NCBI GenBank assembly: GCA_963812605.1
Contig: CAWEWF010000014.1
Coordinates: 512,001-576,000, forward strand
Source of the DNA: an uncultured Verrucomicrobiae bacterium
GTDB lineage: Bacteria; Verrucomicrobiota; Verrucomicrobiia; Palsa-1439
Reading direction: 5' to 3'
Length of the DNA stretch: 64,000 bases
Under the pieces are notes generated by a model that searched no databases, was not told the DNA's origin, and saw only the letters and a list, made by a program, of their open reading frames with translations. The stretch's first letter is position 1; each line of letters opens with the position of its first letter. Shown in pieces: positions 60,826 through 64,000 of this stretch. A program made the translations under genes and the position numbers.

Positions 60826-61587
60826 ATGCAAACGTTTGCTTGGAAGCGAGTTGGCGGGATCTTCTCGAACTTTTTCGGTAAGTCTTTTTTCGCAATTGCG
60901 GCCGCACTGGCTGCGTTTGTCCTAACCGCTGGTTCAAGTCGGGCGGACACTTTCCTCCAACTCGATTTCACCCATTCGGGTGGACCAGTCACGGCGGGAT
61001 ATACCGGTGTGAACGGCAATTTTCTCGCCGATACGCCGAGCGCAGGCACCAACGTTGGCGCGTACACCTTTTCCATCGACCACGTTGGTGTTTATGACAA
61101 TGGTTCGGGCGCTACCGAGCCTTTGACCGCTTCCGGGTTCTATACATTTGGCAATGGCAATAGCGGCCTTGACCATGCCTTCAGCCTCAGCGGTCTGAAT
61201 GCGGGTGATACGGTAACGCTTTATGCGGTCGCTGCCTGGGACGGGAACGGCAGGGGTGGATATGTTATGTTTGGCAACAGCGGCACCAACGGGGTGCAGG
61301 CCCAGACCATCGGTGATCCTGGCACGGCCCCGGGCCTTACGAATTACACCGTGATCGGAACTGGGATCGCCGGCGCGGGCGGCATTCTGCAAGGCACACT
61401 GAATGGAGCTGCTGGTGTCTATACCACCTCTAATGGCAGCGGCACGAATTTCGTCAATGGCCAGGAGGGCCAGGTTGGCGCGTTTGTATTTGATATCGCT
61501 CCGGTCGCCGTCCCCGAACCTTCCACCTTCGTCATGCTGGGTTTGGGTGGTGTGGTGCTGTGTTTCTTGCGCCGCAAGAAAGCGTGA
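60826..61587 (+). CDS. PEP-CTERM sorting-domain protein
   Basis: Signal peptide, Gly/Thr/Asn-rich body, C-terminal VPEPST + TM helix + RRKKA. Confidence 0.93.
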   Translation: MQTFAWKRVGGIFSNFFGKSFFAIAAALAAFVLTAGSSRADTFLQLDFTHSGGPVTAGYTGVNGNFLADTPSAGTNVGAYTFSIDHVGVYDNGSGATEPLTASGFYTFGNGNSGLDHAFSLSGLNAGDTVTLYAVAAWDGNGRGGYVMFGNSGTNGVQAQTIGDPGTAPGLTNYTVIGTGIAGAGGILQGTLNGAAGVYTTSNGSGTNFVNGQEGQVGAFVFDIAPVAVPEPSTFVMLGLGGVVLCFLRRKKA

Positions 61588-61677
61588 TCGGTTTCACAAG
61601 CGATTTCCAAGAAACTGGGCAACGATCCGCGCCAACAGCAGCGCGGTTGAGTCGTCCATGACGACTATTCCATTCGC

Positions 61678-63325
61678 TCATTGAATCACCAACCGTTGAA
61701 TCGTGTAGCTGGTCAGCGCGGTTGGTGAATCGTTGGTGACAGATGCCTTCGCGCGGTCGATGATTGGTCGTGGCGGGCCGTGCGGAAGGAGATGCCGGTA
61801 AACGCGGCTGTCGGCGCTGGCAATGGCTGATTTTTTGCGACGGGCGCACTCGATTTGAACAGCGTAAATTTGCCGGTCCTGGCATTGGCTTCAATTCGGC
61901 AAGCCAGCCGATCGCTCGTGAAGTCTTTCTTCGTCAATTCCCAGCGAACGGGGCATCGGTTGGTCGATCCGCTGAGTAATTCGATTTCGAGGGGCGTGTC
62001 ACCGACCTGGTTGGCGAACACGTCAAATGAGATGGTGACTTTCATCCTTGCCGGGAAGACTTGAAACGCCCGGGCGTAATCGTGGGGGTCGCGGTCTTCC
62101 AGACTCACTTCGGGAGCTTTGGTTAAACTGACGGGCGCCCATTTTGGACTGTATGTGTTCCAGGCGTCGGCGCTGTTTGTAAGCGGGATGCGGCTGATCC
62201 AGATGTCCTCTTTGTTGACGCTGTAAGCGACCCACAGGGCATCGTCTTTCCATGAGCCATCGTTCGACCATTCGGAGATGCCGCGAACATATTGGGGGCC
62301 GACGTTCTTGTTCAGGCCGACATAGCGCTGAAGCGGCAATTCGCCGTGAACGACCCGCATGTCGTGGAACGTGACGCCATCGTCGCTCGTAACCATGACC
62401 AGCGGGAAGCGGTTTTTATGGTCGGGATTGTAGACCAGCGCGTACCGGTTGTCGGAGGTGCGTTGGCCCCAGATTTGCCGGTGCCGGTGACCAGGGATTG
62501 CGGGATAACCGGCGGCGACCACGCGTCGCCATCGTTCGTCGAGATTGTGACCCAGCCTTTCTTGCAGATGCCGACGAGCGCGCCATCTTTGCGGTGGAAA
62601 AAGGAGAACGCCTTCAATGTCATGTCCTTGTCGTTGGATTCATGCCACTTCATGCGGCGGTCGCCCAGCAGCGCGCCGTAATCCTGTTGCTCAAGGAACG
62701 GGCGGTTGGCAAGTAGTTGATTGCACGCTTCGACGAAACCCTTGTCGGCGGAATTCGTGAAGAACTCGTTCCCAACCAGAGGCGTTGGCGTCAGGAGTGT
62801 GAACCAAGGGCCGAGCGTGTGATCGGCCAGTATCTCGCGGACGACCAGCGTGTCGCGGTTCTTGTCGGTCAGCTTGACCTCGCCACGGCGGAGCCCGGCG
62901 ATGGCCAGCATCCGGCCGTTCGGAGCGTGAAAGAAATGCATGCGCAACGGATTCGACACGCCTTGCGGGAACAGTTCGATCGGAGCCGACCAAGTGAAAC
63001 CATCCGTGGATGTGCTGTACACTTCGCGCCAGGGCCAGGTATCTTCGTCCTTCTCGCCCGAACTCCACGCCACGTACAAGCGGCCCTTCCAGCAGGCCAT
63101 GTCGATATGATGATTGTAGGTCCAGCCCTTGCCGTCGGCCAGTTCGGGTTTGTCGCGCGAGGCGCGGAAGATTTGGATGTTTCTAACGCCGATGGCCGGC
63201 GGCAGACCGCCATCGGGCAGGTTCGTGTCGATCTGGCTTTGCTCCAGGCCCTGAATCTGAATCGGGTCTCCAAACGCTGGAGCGATGGCGAGCGGCAGCA
63301 AAAGAATTAGTGGACGCAATCTCAT
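61678..63325 (-). CDS. Secreted sialidase-like (BNR/Asp-box) beta-propeller protein (at least 2 frameshifts)
   Basis: Asp-boxes STSTDGFTW, STNDGDAW, TSDDGVTF; PQYVRG; C-terminal beta-sandwich ending YTIQRLVIQ*. Confidence 0.8.
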
Positions 63326-63416
63326 CGGACACCGGCGCACAATGGCGCAACTCTCCGATTATACAGAAAACCGCTGGCTTGCCAATGGGTGGGCAGCGTG
63401 TTAGAAGGGCACCCAC

Positions 63417-64000
63417 ATGCTGAAGCAGCAGCAGACCATCAAACATCCCGTGTCGTTCTCGGGGATTGGCATCCACACGGGGTCGCAGGTCAACATGACC
63501 TGGAAACCCGCGCCGCTGGATCATGGCATCAAGTTTGTTCGCGTCGATCTCGAGGGACGGCCTGAAATTGACCCGAATATCCGCAACATCGGCGACACGA
63601 CGCGCTGGACGACCATCGGCACCAACGGGACGGTCGTTCACACCGTCGAGCACGTGCTGGCGACGCTGAACGGGTACGGGATCGACAACCTGATTATCGA
63701 GCTGGACGCGAGCGAACCGCCCGTGGGCGACGGCAGCGCGCTGCCGTACGTGAAGCTGGTCAAGCAAGCGGGCATCCAGCCGCAGGAAGGCAAGCGCGAG
63801 ATTTTTCGGCCGCAGGAGATGGTGCATGTCGAGGTGGGCGACTCGCTAGCGGTGGTGGTGCCGAGCGACACGTTGCGGATCAGTTGCACCATTCATTACG
63901 GTAAACCCGGGCTCGACGCGCAGTTTCTGAGTCTCGCCATCGAACCGGAAACATTTGAATCGCAGATTTCGCCTGCGCGGACGTTTGCGCTCTACGAAGA
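63417..64000 (+). CDS. lpxC: UDP-3-O-acyl-GlcNAc deacetylase LpxC, N-terminal part (truncated by window; not in the ORF track)
   Basis: QQTIKHPVSFSGIGIHTG, TVEHVLA, GIDNL, EPPVGDGSA, ISPART. Confidence 0.95.
   Translation, partial: MLKQQQTIKHPVSFSGIGIHTGSQVNMTWKPAPLDHGIKFVRVDLEGRPEIDPNIRNIGDTTRWTTIGTNGTVVHTVEHVLATLNGYGIDNLIIELDASEPPVGDGSALPYVKLVKQAGIQPQEGKREIFRPQEMVHVEVGDSLAVVVPSDTLRISCTIHYGKPGLDAQFLSLAIEPETFESQISPARTFALYE

Overview
A 64 kb, roughly 60% GC bacterial chromosome segment, most likely Verrucomicrobiota (inferred from a PEP-CTERM protein and a Verrucomicrobia-style C-terminal domain on a giant secreted hydrolase). It is mostly housekeeping: hisH/hisA, a UvrD/PcrA helicase, accD-folC, korAB, uppP, PGM/PMM, ctpA-tsaD-pepP, sdhCAB, nagZ, a uracil-DNA glycosylase, livKHMGF and lpxC. 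It also holds a type II secretion operon (gspE-F-G-H-I-J-K-L-M-C-D) followed by a tightly coupled Sm-like / CPBP protease / ComF trio. Many genes, including essential ones, carry single-base frameshifts that become denser after about 54.7 kb; I read these as long-read assembly errors. The most unusual signals are: (1) two small, decaying toxin-antitoxin cassettes, each bracketed by about 65-bp diverged direct repeats, one being a duplicated promoter plus 5' end of livH; (2) a hicBA locus hit by an IS630-like MITE in its promoter spacer, a REP in the toxin N-terminus and a catalytic His-to-Tyr change; (3) a LivG ATPase with a two-helix membrane insert inside its nucleotide-binding domain; (4) Thr-Asn enrichment in exported proteins, in a window that also encodes a TMTC-like glycosyltransferase; (5) a possible sorting or DNA-uptake module attached to the T2SS. 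All calls come from reading the sequence; no database searches were run.
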